From: Rebecca billardiae RCC1528
Lineage: Eukaryota > Protista > Haptophyta
NCBI GenBank assembly: GCA_965240325.2
Contig: OZ251227.1
Coordinates: forward strand, 124,001-188,000
DNA length: 64,000 nt
Direction: 5' to 3'
How positions within the stretch are numbered: position 1 is the first letter of the stretch; every line of letters starts with the position of its first letter. Made by a program: the position numbers and the translations under genes. Below the pieces are notes generated by a model, which saw only the letters and a program-made list of their open reading frames with translations, made no database searches and had not been told where the DNA came from. This document shows, piece by piece, positions 54,253 to 64,000 of the stretch.

Positions 54253-57200
54253 CTGAGCTCGCCCTCGAGGGGCGGCCGCGGCGGCTCGGGCACCGCCTCG
54301 GCCCACCAGCGCTCGCCGAGCGCGCTCGGCGCACGCCGCGCGCCCGCCGCGTCAACGCCGGCCGCGTCGGCGGCAGCGCCGGCCGCCGCCGCTCGCGTCG
54401 GCGCGCGCGCCGCAGCCCCGCCGCCACCGCCGCCGGCCGCCGCGCTCGGCGTGTCGTGCGCGGCCGCCGGCTCGCCCAGCGCACGCAGCGCGCGCTCGTG
54501 CGAGGCGAAGGGGCCCTCGAGCGCCTGCGCGACGCGCAGCGCCTCGGGCACCGCAGCGAGCGCCGCGGCCGCGCGCGCGCGCGCCTCCTTTGCGCCCGCG
54601 CTCGCCTCGAGCGCCGCCGCGAGCGCGGGCGGCGCCGTGCGCGCGTCCACAAACGCGCCGCCCTCCGCGGCCAGACGGCCCACCTCGCGGATCGCGGCGA
54701 AGAGCGCGGCGGCGGCGGCGGCGCCGTCGGAGAGGGTGGCGGCGCGCTCACGCCGCTCGTCCTCCGCCGCCTCCGCCGCCTGCGCGGCCGTGCGCGCCCC
54801 CCCCGACGCACCGCCGCCGCTGCCGCCGCCGCCGCCGCGGCCGGGCGAGCCGCGCCGCTGCCGCAGCTGCGCCAGCCGGTCGCCCAGCGCGTGCAGCTCG
54901 TCCGCCAGCGCGGGCAGCCGCGCGGCGGCGGCCTCGCACCGCTCGAGCGCGTCGCGTGCGCTCGCCACGCGCCGCTCGGCCGCGGGCGGCACGCTCGGCG
55001 CGAGCGGCGCGGCTCGCACGCTCGCGCCGCGCGCCTTGGCGAGCGCCGCCGCCTCGGCCGCCGCGAGCGCGCCGCCGCGCTCGCCCAGCCCGCGCAGCGC
55101 GGACGCGGCGCTGCGCGCGCCCGAGGCGGCCGGCTCGGCCGCGGCGCCCGCGCGCGGGCGCGGGCGCACGAGCACGCCCGCCACGCGCACGGCCGGCGCG
55201 CGCGGCGGCGGCTGCTTTGCGCCGGGCGCGCGCGGCCGCGGCACGGCGGCGCGCCGCGCGGCGACGGCCGGCGGCGCGCGCGGCTGCGGGATGGCCGACG
55301 CTCGCGGCCCGCCGCCGCCGCCGCCGCTGCCGCCGGCGCCGCCGACGACGTGCGCCATCGGCGGCCAGCCGAGCGCGTCCGCGCGCGCCTCCATCCGCGC
55401 CGCGTGCTTCGCCGCGGCGGCGTCGGCGGCCGCCTCGGCCGCGGACGCGCGCCGACCGCCCGCGCCGTCCGCCGCGGCCGAGCCGCCGCCCGCGCCCGGC
55501 TCGGCGCGCTGCGCGCGCGGCGAGGGCGGCGAGGACACGGGGCGCGAGCGCGCGGCCGAGGCGTCGCGCCCTCCGGGGCCGGCCGAACGCCACGGCGCGG
55601 GGCGCGGGTGCGCGCCGCGCGGCCCTCCGCCCTCGCCGCCCTCGCCGCCGCGCGCGCGCCCCCCGGCCGCCGCCCCCTCGCCGCGCCCCGGCTGCTCGGC
55701 CGCCATCGAGCTCAGCGCCGCGAGCGCGCTGGCGAGCCCGCCCGCGGCCGCGGCCGCCTCCGCCTGCGCCTGCTCGCGCGCGCGGCCGAGCGCAGAGCCG
55801 AGCGCGTCGCTCAGCGCCTCGAGGCCGGGCGGCACGGCTGGAGCGGCGGCGCCTCCCGCGCCGCGCGCGCGCGCGCGGGCGTCGCCCGCCGACGCGCGCC
55901 GCGCCTGCCCGCCCGCCTCGGCGCGCGCCGCTCGGCGCTCGGCACCGTCGCGCGCTGCGCGCCCCGCGGGGCTGAGGGTGCGCCTGGGGGCGGCCGAGGC
56001 GCGCGCGGGCGAGGGCGCGGGCACGCTGGCCGTGCCGCCCGCTGCGCCCGCGCCCGGCGGCGCGGCGCGCGCCGAGCCCGCAGCCCCTCGCCCCAGCCCC
56101 AGCGCACGGCCGTCACCGCCACCGCGGCCGGCCAGGCTGCCGCGTGGCTCGGGCGAGCGCGGCCCGCCTGCCGCTGGCTCCGTGCGCAGCCGCGCCACTC
56201 GAGGGGGCGCTGCGGCCGGCGAGGACGCCCCTTGCGCCGGCGGCTCCTGCGGCTCCGCGCGCGGCGCCGCCTCCGCCTCCGCCTCCTCCGCCTCCGCCTC
56301 CTCCGCCTCCGCCTCCGCCTCCTCCGCCTCCGCCTCCGCCGCCTCCGCCTCCGCCTCCTCCGCCTCCGCAGACACAGCCGCGCGTGCGTCCGCCCTCGCA
56401 CTCGGCACCAGCTCCGCGGCGGCCGGGCCGTCGAGCAGCATGGTGGACTGGAGGTACGCCTCGATCGCGCGCGACGCCTCGCCGCCCGCCGGAAGCCCTG
56501 CGCGGCGCGAGATCGGCGCGCGACGCGCGCGCCCACGTGTCACACCCGGCGGCGCGAGCCGAGGGCAAGGGCGCGCCGCGGCGCCTGCGGGAGCATGCGC
56601 GCACGCGCGCGCGCACCGGCCGCACGCTCGACAAACTGCGCGACCTGGACGAGCGAGTCGTGCGCCGCACGCAGCTGCGCGCTGCTCGCGCGCTCGCCGC
56701 CCGCGCCGTCCTCCGCGCCGTCCGCGGCGGGCGCATCTGCATTCGTGCCCGCCGGCTGCGCGCCGCGGCGTGCGCGCCCGGCGCCATCTCGCTCGAGGAG
56801 CAGGCGGAAGAGCTGCTGCTCGAGGGCGGCGCGCGTGTGCTCGTCCGAGGCGTCGCTCGGCGCGTCGGCCTCCGGCGCGGGCGCGCCCGCCGCCGCGCGC
56901 GGGTGCACCGCCATCGCCATGCGCGCGGCGCGCGGCGCGAGCGTGCTCACATCCGCGTGCACCGCGCGGCGCGGCATGGGCTCGCGCGCCTCCTCGCGCA
57001 GCCTCGCCGCGGCGGCGCGGGGCACGACGTCGACGCCCCACACGGGCGCCGGCGAGCGCGCCGCCTGCGCCTCGCGCGCCGCGCCCGCGTCTTCCGCCGG
57101 GTGTGCGTCCTCCGCGCCGCGCTCGGCGCCGAGCGCCCAGTCCACGTCCGCGCGCGCACCCTGCGCGCCCGTCGACGCCGGGAGGCGCGGTGGCGAGGGC

Positions 57201-57283
57201 GGCTCGATCTCGCGCACGATCGCCAGCGGCACGCGCACTGTGCGCGCGCCCGCGGGGCGCGGCGGGTGGCCCGTCGGCGCCAT
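49452..57283 (-). CDS. Giant Ala/Gly-rich protein with IQ motifs, possibly TALPID3/KIAA0586-like; intron 56498-56616
   Basis: Splice joins ORFs 56540..57526 and 49452..57041; IQ-like LQAAWRS, LQAAARG, VQAAGRG; LQLFVDAG motif; SEGE/SDGE motifs; further introns possible. Confidence 0.6.
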
Positions 57284-57426
57284 GGGCCGCGCAGGTGCGT
57301 TGTGTGGCGCTTTTGAGTGGCTTGCCGCCGCCGCGGGCCGCGGCCCCACCGTTGCATCACAGAGCCACCTGGCAACCGCACGGCTTGCCGCCCAGTTGCG
57401 CCCTTTGCCTCGTGGTGGCAGCAGCG

Positions 57427-58434
57427 ATGGCGGCGCGTGCACGGCCGAGGCAAGTGGTGAGATGGGCATGCCTGCTGCTCCTCGCGCTGAGCTGCGCGCG
57501 CGGCAGCGGCCACGCCACGCGGCCACGGCACGTGCGGCTCGCTGCCCACCCCGCGCGCATGTGCGCCCGGCCCGCCGACCTCGCCTCGCTCTCGGCCGAG
57601 GTCGCTCGGCTGCGCGCGGAGCTGGCCGCTGAGGTGCGCGCGGCCGGCCGGCCGTCGGAGGCGGCGCGCGTGGCCGCGCTCGACGCGGCGCTCGCGGCTG
57701 TGGAGCTCGCCCCCGATGCCGTCGATGCCAACCCGTCGGCGCGCGCCATGTACAACCGCTTCGTCAGCCCGCGCGCTGTGCGCGCGGGCGAGGCTGACGC
57801 CGGCGTGGACGCGCCCGGCCGGCAGCCGCTCGAGACGCTCGCGCGCGCTGCGGCGCACAACATCGCGCACACGCTGCGGCGCGACGCGGCCGAGGCCGCC
57901 GCGTACATCCGCACGTGCGACGCCGCGCACGCCGAGGCGGAGGCGCTGGCTCTGCCCACGCACCCTCTCGCCCTCGTGCTCGACAACCTGCGCTCTGCGT
58001 ACAACGTGGGCAGCCTGCTGCGCACGGCCGACACGGCGCGCTGCGCGGAGGTGGTGACGTGCGGGTACTGCCCGCACCCGCCGCACGCGAAGATCGACAA
58101 GACCGCGTTCAACGCCGCGCGCTCCGTGCGCACGCGCCACTTCGAGGCGACCGCGGCCGCGCTGCGCGCGCTGCGCGCGGAGGGGTACGCGCTGTGGGCG
58201 ATGGAGACGACCGAGCGCTCGCTGTGCTACGCGAGCGCGGCGCCGCTGCCGCCGCGGCTCGCGCTCGTGCTCGGGAATGAAGAGGTCGGCGTCGACCCCG
58301 CCGTGCTCGAGATGTGCGACGCGCTCGTCGAGGTGCCCACCTTTGGCGTGAAGAACTCGCTGAACGTCGCGAGCGCCGCGCCCATTGTCGTGTTCGACGT
58401 GCTGCGCCGCTGGGGGCGGCTGCCGAGCACGTGA
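57427..58434 (+). CDS. SpoU/TrmH family RNA methyltransferase with organelle-targeting leader
   Basis: LVLDNLRSAYNVGSLLRTAD, LVLGNEEVGV, VEVPTFGVKNSLNVASA. Confidence 0.92.
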   Translation: MAARARPRQVVRWACLLLLALSCARGSGHATRPRHVRLAAHPARMCARPADLASLSAEVARLRAELAAEVRAAGRPSEAARVAALDAALAAVELAPDAVDANPSARAMYNRFVSPRAVRAGEADAGVDAPGRQPLETLARAAAHNIAHTLRRDAAEAAAYIRTCDAAHAEAEALALPTHPLALVLDNLRSAYNVGSLLRTADTARCAEVVTCGYCPHPPHAKIDKTAFNAARSVRTRHFEATAAALRALRAEGYALWAMETTERSLCYASAAPLPPRLALVLGNEEVGVDPAVLEMCDALVEVPTFGVKNSLNVASAAPIVVFDVLRRWGRLPST

Positions 58435-58785
58435 ACCTTAGGACTGCTCGAAACTCGCTGCTCTTGCCCCGGAGGCCTCGCGCGCGTCGCTGGCCAGGCG
58501 TCAGCGTCTGCGAAGCGCAGCACGCCGTGTGCGCGCACGGCTTATTTCTGACGCCGTCACCCTGACGGCGTAGGATTATGATGGTCGCATCGGGCGGCAT
58601 CGGCGTAGTTATAGTCTTATTAGGCGCGTACTAGCAGCAGACGACTACGTACTCTACTACTGTAGTACGTAATTTAATTATAGTGGAGCCTGTAGTAATC
58701 ATTGGCGCGGGCGACGGAAACAGTGCGCGCAGTCTTGCGGCAGTCTATCAGTATTCCGCACCGTACTGATGCGCAGGCCGTGCTA

Positions 58786-58829
58786 CGCCTGCCTGAGCTG
58801 TGTGCGTCTCTTATTCTTAGTAAACTGTA
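58786..58829 (-). repeat. Third copy of the Tc1/mariner-type TIR (no partner seen nearby)
   Basis: CGCCTGCCTGAGCTGTGTGCGTCTCTTATTCTTAGTAAACTGTA, matching 34455-34501. Confidence 0.8.
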
Positions 58830-58882
58830 GTGTGCACGTTAAATCATATAGTCGTCGTAAACTGTATATATATGATATATAT

Positions 58883-60995
58883 GTGGGGTTATTGGTACAA
58901 TAACTGATTGTCTAAGAGGACGACAAGAACGCCGGGCGCCAGCGCCGCTCATCAGCCACATCGCCCTCTACCAGACCATCGCCTCAAAGGGCGCTGCTCC
59001 CGGACAAACAGTCTGTCCGGGTTGTTCTGCCGCCCAGGAGATCGATTTCCGGCGCCGGCCTCTGCCGCCTGCTTCGCCAGGCGCGGCGTGCGAGATGGCT
59101 CCAGCCAAGCTCGTCCTGCGTCGCCGGCGGCGGCGGCTCGCACGCGGGTGGCGCGTCGCGTGCACCGACCAACATCTTTCGGCAACTCGGCGGTAAGCAA
59201 CGCTCCGCATCGCGCCCCCTCGCGCTTCGGGCCACCGCCTCTTCTCTCTCTGTGTGCGTGCGCACCCTGTGGCTCTTCCGCACCCGCCCCGATCGCACCG
59301 TTCCCTCTTCGCCACATGCCTCCTCCTCCGTGGGTGCGCCCCCACGCGGATCGCTGCTCCATCTCTCCCGCCCTGCCTCGGGATCGCCCCGGTGCCAACG
59401 CCAGCCGGCTCCTACACAAGGACCGCTGGCGGCACACCGCGCGCCGGGCCCCGTGCGCACCCGCGGGCCATTCACAGCATCCGCAAAGGCCGTCTAGCCT
59501 TCTCCTGCTTCCGCAGCGCCGCGCCTCGGGGCCGGCTGCCTGCTATCTCTCCTATTCGGGTTCCGTCTCACTCGCACTGCCCCACCTGCCCAGCCCCCGC
59601 TGGCCGGCCCTCGTGCGTGCGCGACTCACACGTGCCTTGCCCCCTTTCCTTCCCATCACTCAATGGGATTCTCCTCCACGCGGTGCTCCCCAACACACCA
59701 TGAAACGGGATCACTCACGCACCGCGTCTCGTCGACGGCGAGCGGCATGCCCACCGCATCTGCTGCCGCTCGCCAAGGCATGAGGACACGTAAATCCCAC
59801 TGAGTAGGAACACACGCAGCCGCCTCGGCACGTCCGCTGACGGAAGGCTGAGCGCCTGCGGACTCGTCGACTGAACCTCCACCTGACCGCCCGGGAGCAG
59901 CACTGCTGGGGACCTAACCTGAAAAACCCAATCGTGTTGGGAGGCAGGGGGTCACATGAGCCCTAAGTGCAGCGCCGCAAGACCGGGCGGTCGGACGGCG
60001 GGTGTTGTGATCCCGCCGCCCGAGCACCAGACCAACGGGCCCTGGGTGGGCGGGTTGCCGAAAGATGTTGGTCGGTGCACGCGACGCGCCACCCGCGTGC
60101 GAGCCGCCGCCGCCGGCGACGCAGGACGAGCTTGGCTGGAGCCATCTCGCACGCCGCGCCTGGCGAAGCAGGCGGCAGAGGCCGGCGCCGGAAATCGATC
60201 TCCTGGGCGGCAGAACAACCCGGACAGACTGTTTGTCCGGGAGCAGCGCCCTTTGAGGCGATGGTCTGGTAGAGGGCGATGTGGCTGATGAGCGGCGCTG
60301 GCGCCCGGCGTTCTTGTCGTCCTCTTAGACAATCAGTTATTGTACCAATAACCCCACGTCTAGCCGTCCTCGTGAACGCCGACGCCAACTGCTGGCCGAA
60401 GGTGGGCACGCCGCCTGGCATGTCGATGCCGAGGCGGCTGCGTGTGTTCCTACTCAGTGGGATTTACGTGTCCTCATGCCTTGGCGAGCGGCAGCAGATG
60501 CGGTGGGCATGCCGCTCGCCGTCGACGAGACGCGGTGCGTGAGTGATCCCGTTTCATGGTGTGTTGGGGAGCACCGCGTGGAGGAGAATCCCATTGAGTG
60601 ATGGGAAGGAAAGGGGGCAAGGCACGTGTGAGTCGCGCACGCACGAGGGCCGGCCAGCGGGGGCTGGGCAGGTGGGGCAGTGCGAGTGAGACGGAACCCG
60701 AATAGGAGAGATAGCAGGCAGCCGGCCCCGAGGCGCGGCGCTGCGGAAGCAGGAGAAGGCTAGACGGCCTTTGCGGATGCTGTGAATGGCCCGCGGGTGC
60801 GCACGGGGCCCGGCGCGCGGTGTGCCGCCAGCGGTCCTTGTGTAGGAGCCGGCTGGCGTTGGCACCGGGGCGATCCCGAGGCAGGGCGGGAGAGATGGAG
60901 CAGCGATCCGCGTGGGGGCGCACCCATCGACATGCCAGGCGGCGTGCCCACCTTCGGCCAGCAGTTGGCGTCGGCGTTCACGAGGACGGCTAGAC
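58883..60995 (+). mobile_element. Non-autonomous DIRS-type (tyrosine recombinase) retroelement with ITRs and internal complementary region
   Basis: A 58883-59186 inverted at 60054-60357; B 59331-59830 inverted at 60427-60926; C 60358-60428 inverted at 60925-60995; A'+C is the reverse complement of the end-to-end circle junction; TA repeats on both flanks. Confidence 0.85.
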
Positions 60996-61058
60996 ATATA
61001 TATATATATATGTAGAGTAGACCTAGATATATAAGAGTAACGGAACTACCGGTAAGAC

Positions 61059-61097
<39 letters not shown>

Positions 61098-61453
61098 CTG
61101 TCTGCTACTTGAGTAAGAGTCTGAGACAGACGCGCACATACTACATTTAAAAGCTACAGTGCCTTACCTACAGAGTCAGACAGCTGCTCATCAGTCAGGC
61201 GACGACAGGCCTCACCCTTCCGCGTGACGCCCAGCGCATCGTCGCGCCATCATATTTCGTCGTCTCACTCGTCTGTCACAGTGTAGCACGAACTACGATC
61301 TACTCACATACCATTGTCTCAGTCACACTCACAGTGTCAAGAGTGTGCTGTCTCATCTCTCAGAAGACGCGATGACGACGACGAGTCGACGACCAACCGT
61401 CAGCCAGTGGAAGCCATCATCGTCGTCGGCCGCAAGCCGGCGGCAACAGGAGG

Positions 61454-62410
61454 ATGGGCTACTCGCACGCCGAGGCGCTCAAGCATGTGCTGCTCGCGGC
61501 AGCGGCATACTGCGATCCGAAGGCGATCGCGACGTGGTCCTGCCCACCGTGCACCCGCGCCGCGGCCGCGCTCGGCGTGCCGCGCCTCGACGTCACGGCC
61601 GTTGTGAACGGCAACCAGTCGGCGCTGCAAGCGTTTGTCGCGCGTGCGGACGACCGCGTGTACGTGGCGTTCCGCGGCTCGGCGGCCTGGCTGAACTTCT
61701 ACCTCGACGTCGACGAGTACCGCTCCGTCGCCTACGGCGGCGCCGCGTGCGAGGGCTGCCTCGTGCATGACGGCTTCATCTACGCCTGGCAGGACGTGAA
61801 CACGAGCGTGGTGGGCGCGGTCCGCAAGGCTCTCGCTGCCACGCCGCGGGGCGAGCTCGTGGTGGTTGGCCACTCCCTCGGAGGGGCTGTGGCCGTCCTT
61901 GCGGCACTCGAGCTGCACGCCGCGATCGGCCGCCCCCTCGCCGCTGTGTATACCTTCGGCGAGCCGCGCGTGGGCAATGCCAATTTCGCTCAGCAGTACC
62001 GCTCGCGTGCCAAGCTGTGGCCCACATGGCGCGTGACGCACGCGCACGACATCGTTCCGCACCTGCCGCCGCGCAACTGGCTGGTGCCGTACGTGCTCAC
62101 ATACGAGCATCACACGCGCGAGGTCTGGTACGACAACTACACCGACAGCACGCACCACATCGTGTGCAACGGCACCAATGGCGAGGACTTTGCCTGCGCT
62201 GACTCGGTGTGGGTGTACCAGCTCTCGGTGAGCGACCACCTGCACTACCTCGACCAGCCGGTCTCGAGCTACGCATGCTCGGCAGCCGGCGCGCCAGGGC
62301 GGATGGCGATGCCATTGATGACGACGAGCGCACGACGACGCGCGCGGGCTCTGATGCCAGGGCCTCCCGCTGGGGCCGTCGGAGGGCCTCGTGTAACGAC
62401 TACGCGATGA
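61454..62410 (+). CDS. Class 3 lipase
   Basis: [56 protein letters not shown]. Confidence 0.95.
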   Translation: MGYSHAEALKHVLLAAAAYCDPKAIATWSCPPCTRAAAALGVPRLDVTAVVNGNQSALQAFVARADDRVYVAFRGSAAWLNFYLDVDEYRSVAYGGAACEGCLVHDGFIYAWQDVNTSVVGAVRKALAATPRGELVVVGHSLGGAVAVLAALELHAAIGRPLAAVYTFGEPRVGNANFAQQYRSRAKLWPTWRVTHAHDIVPHLPPRNWLVPYVLTYEHHTREVWYDNYTDSTHHIVCNGTNGEDFACADSVWVYQLSVSDHLHYLDQPVSSYACSAAGAPGRMAMPLMTTSARRRARALMPGPPAGAVGGPRVTTTR

Positions 62411-62548
62411 TCGACTCACTGAGTCGTCGACTGCGCTGGCACCGCGTCCGCTGCGATTCACTCACACTGCGCTGCTGTAAGCGTAGTGCAGTAACGGTAA
62501 CTATACGTACCAATAATTCGATCTATACCGGCGCGGAGTCGGATGTCC

Positions 62549-64000
<1,452 letters not shown>

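Noticed and set aside
58908-60997. Duplicated ORFs in the DIRS-type element as gag/pol
   Set aside because: No RT, RNase H or recombinase motifs; they arise from the inverted repeats
4179-62410. Lipid/oxylipin gene cluster (MAPEG, TAM41, patatin, CRAL-TRIO, cPLA2-like, lipase 3)
   Set aside because: Genes are dispersed among unrelated ones, act in different compartments and belong to large families

Overview
Very GC-rich, gene-dense eukaryotic nuclear DNA. Short CG-rich spliceosomal introns (two with GC donors), bipartite plastid-targeting leaders and ciliary genes suggest an alga with a complex plastid, probably a haptophyte (inference). About 20 protein genes were supported by reading translations by eye: USP48-like deubiquitinase, MAPEG, TAM41, EF-hand membrane protein, MsrA-like, DUF218-like, Cys-rich multi-TM receptor, double patatin, TPR-CHAT, GT-A glycosyltransferase, SDHAF1, PHD-Gnt1 fusion, SAP/AT-hook protein, PA-SURF4 fusion, CRAL-TRIO, CFAP97-like, cPLA2-like, TALPID3-like, SpoU and class 3 lipase. 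Most long Arg/Ala/Pro ORFs in the track are antisense or off-frame shadows. Intergenic DNA holds many non-autonomous elements: two TIR elements with 4-bp TSDs, two hAT-like elements, Tc1/mariner-type ends, an RLE non-LTR fragment and a complete non-coding DIRS-type element. Best candidates for something new: (1) an intronless TPR-CHAT protease with 18 near-identical 120-bp repeats varying at a few positions, inside a 6.4-kb block bounded by mariner-type inverted repeats and next to an active/dead tandem patatin; (2) a prolyl hydroxylase-GlcNAc transferase (Skp1 pathway) fusion with a partial F-box-like N-terminus; (3) a PA-SURF4 fusion. No database searches were run; family calls rest on recalled motifs.
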